From Felis catus (taxonomy: Eukaryota): a stretch of 64,000 nt of DNA. The notes beneath the pieces were generated by a model, which was not told the origin of the DNA, searched no databases, and saw only the letters and a list, made by a program, of their open reading frames with translations. The translations under genes and the position numbers were made by a program. The stretch covers positions 97,590,001 to 97,654,000 of the forward strand of contig NC_058372.1 of assembly GCF_018350175.1 (NCBI RefSeq), read 5' to 3'. Position 1 is the stretch's first letter. Each line of letters opens with the position of its first letter. This document shows positions 63,644-64,000 of the stretch, in pieces.

Positions 63644-64000
63644 AAAATGGCACATTTTAATACACCTTTCACTTCTCTCGTTAACTTTTAGAAGAAGCAG
63701 CAGAAAACAAAAACCAGCTCTAGGGATACAAAGAATTTGAATAATACAATTAACAAATGCATATGTGATCTACTTATTATGTATAGAATGCTGCACACAA
63801 CTGCAGGATACAGTTTTAAAGTTTTGATTACACACGGTACATTTACCGAAATTGGCTGTATGCTGATCCATAAACAAATCTCAACACATCTCAGAAGATT
63901 TAAATAATCTTTTCCTTTCCTTCCCTCCCCACCCCCCCCTTATAATATCTCTGTCAGGTTTTGGTATTAAGGTTAAACTGCCCTCGTAAAATGAATGGTA

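Larger units (their letters stand above)
58670..63900 (+). mobile_element. Old degenerate L1M (5' region, ORF1 and ORF2-endonuclease remnants), multiply interrupted
   Basis: A-rich ORF1-like text (AGCAGATTAGACTCAACTGAAGAGA; AAATTCTATACCCAG) and ORF2 EN-like text (GACTGGATTAAAAA; CCATAAACAAATCTCAAC); no intact ORF. Confidence 0.7.

Noticed and set aside
1..64000. Scattered GTAAACA/TGTTTAC FOXO motifs as an autoregulatory array
   Set aside because: About nine noticed, close to chance for a 7-mer on two strands of 64 kb
1..64000. tRNA genes or CRISPR-like arrays
   Set aside because: tRNA-like A/B boxes all belong to CAN-SINE heads; the recurring repeats are dispersed SINEs, not regularly spaced arrays

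Overview
Mammalian, felid-like genomic DNA (dense carnivore tRNA-derived CAN-SINEs of the feline SINEC_Fc type and feline L1 3' ends; species not determinable from sequence). The window holds the 3' part of FOXO3 on the + strand: ~20 kb of the large upstream intron, the large last coding exon (19896-21331; C-terminal forkhead domain to stop), a 14.8-kb intron lying wholly in the 3'UTR, and a ~4.8-kb non-coding terminal exon (36131-~40956). Downstream is intergenic DNA with a CpG/GC-rich patch (~47.6-48.5 kb) and, at the end, an old L1 containing a CBX3 (HP1-gamma) processed pseudogene that is itself interrupted by a SINE. I found no wholly new gene system. The best leads are regulatory: a near-symmetric inverted SINE pair around the exon that forms circFOXO3, a candidate intronic alternative first exon for an N-truncated FOXO3 with an out-of-frame upstream ATG, SINE-supplied intronic poly(A) signals that could bypass the miRNA-rich 3'UTR, and the still-open CBX3 retrocopy ORF. 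Repeat family names and human comparisons come from recalled consensus sequences, not database searches, and boundaries of old repeats are approximate.
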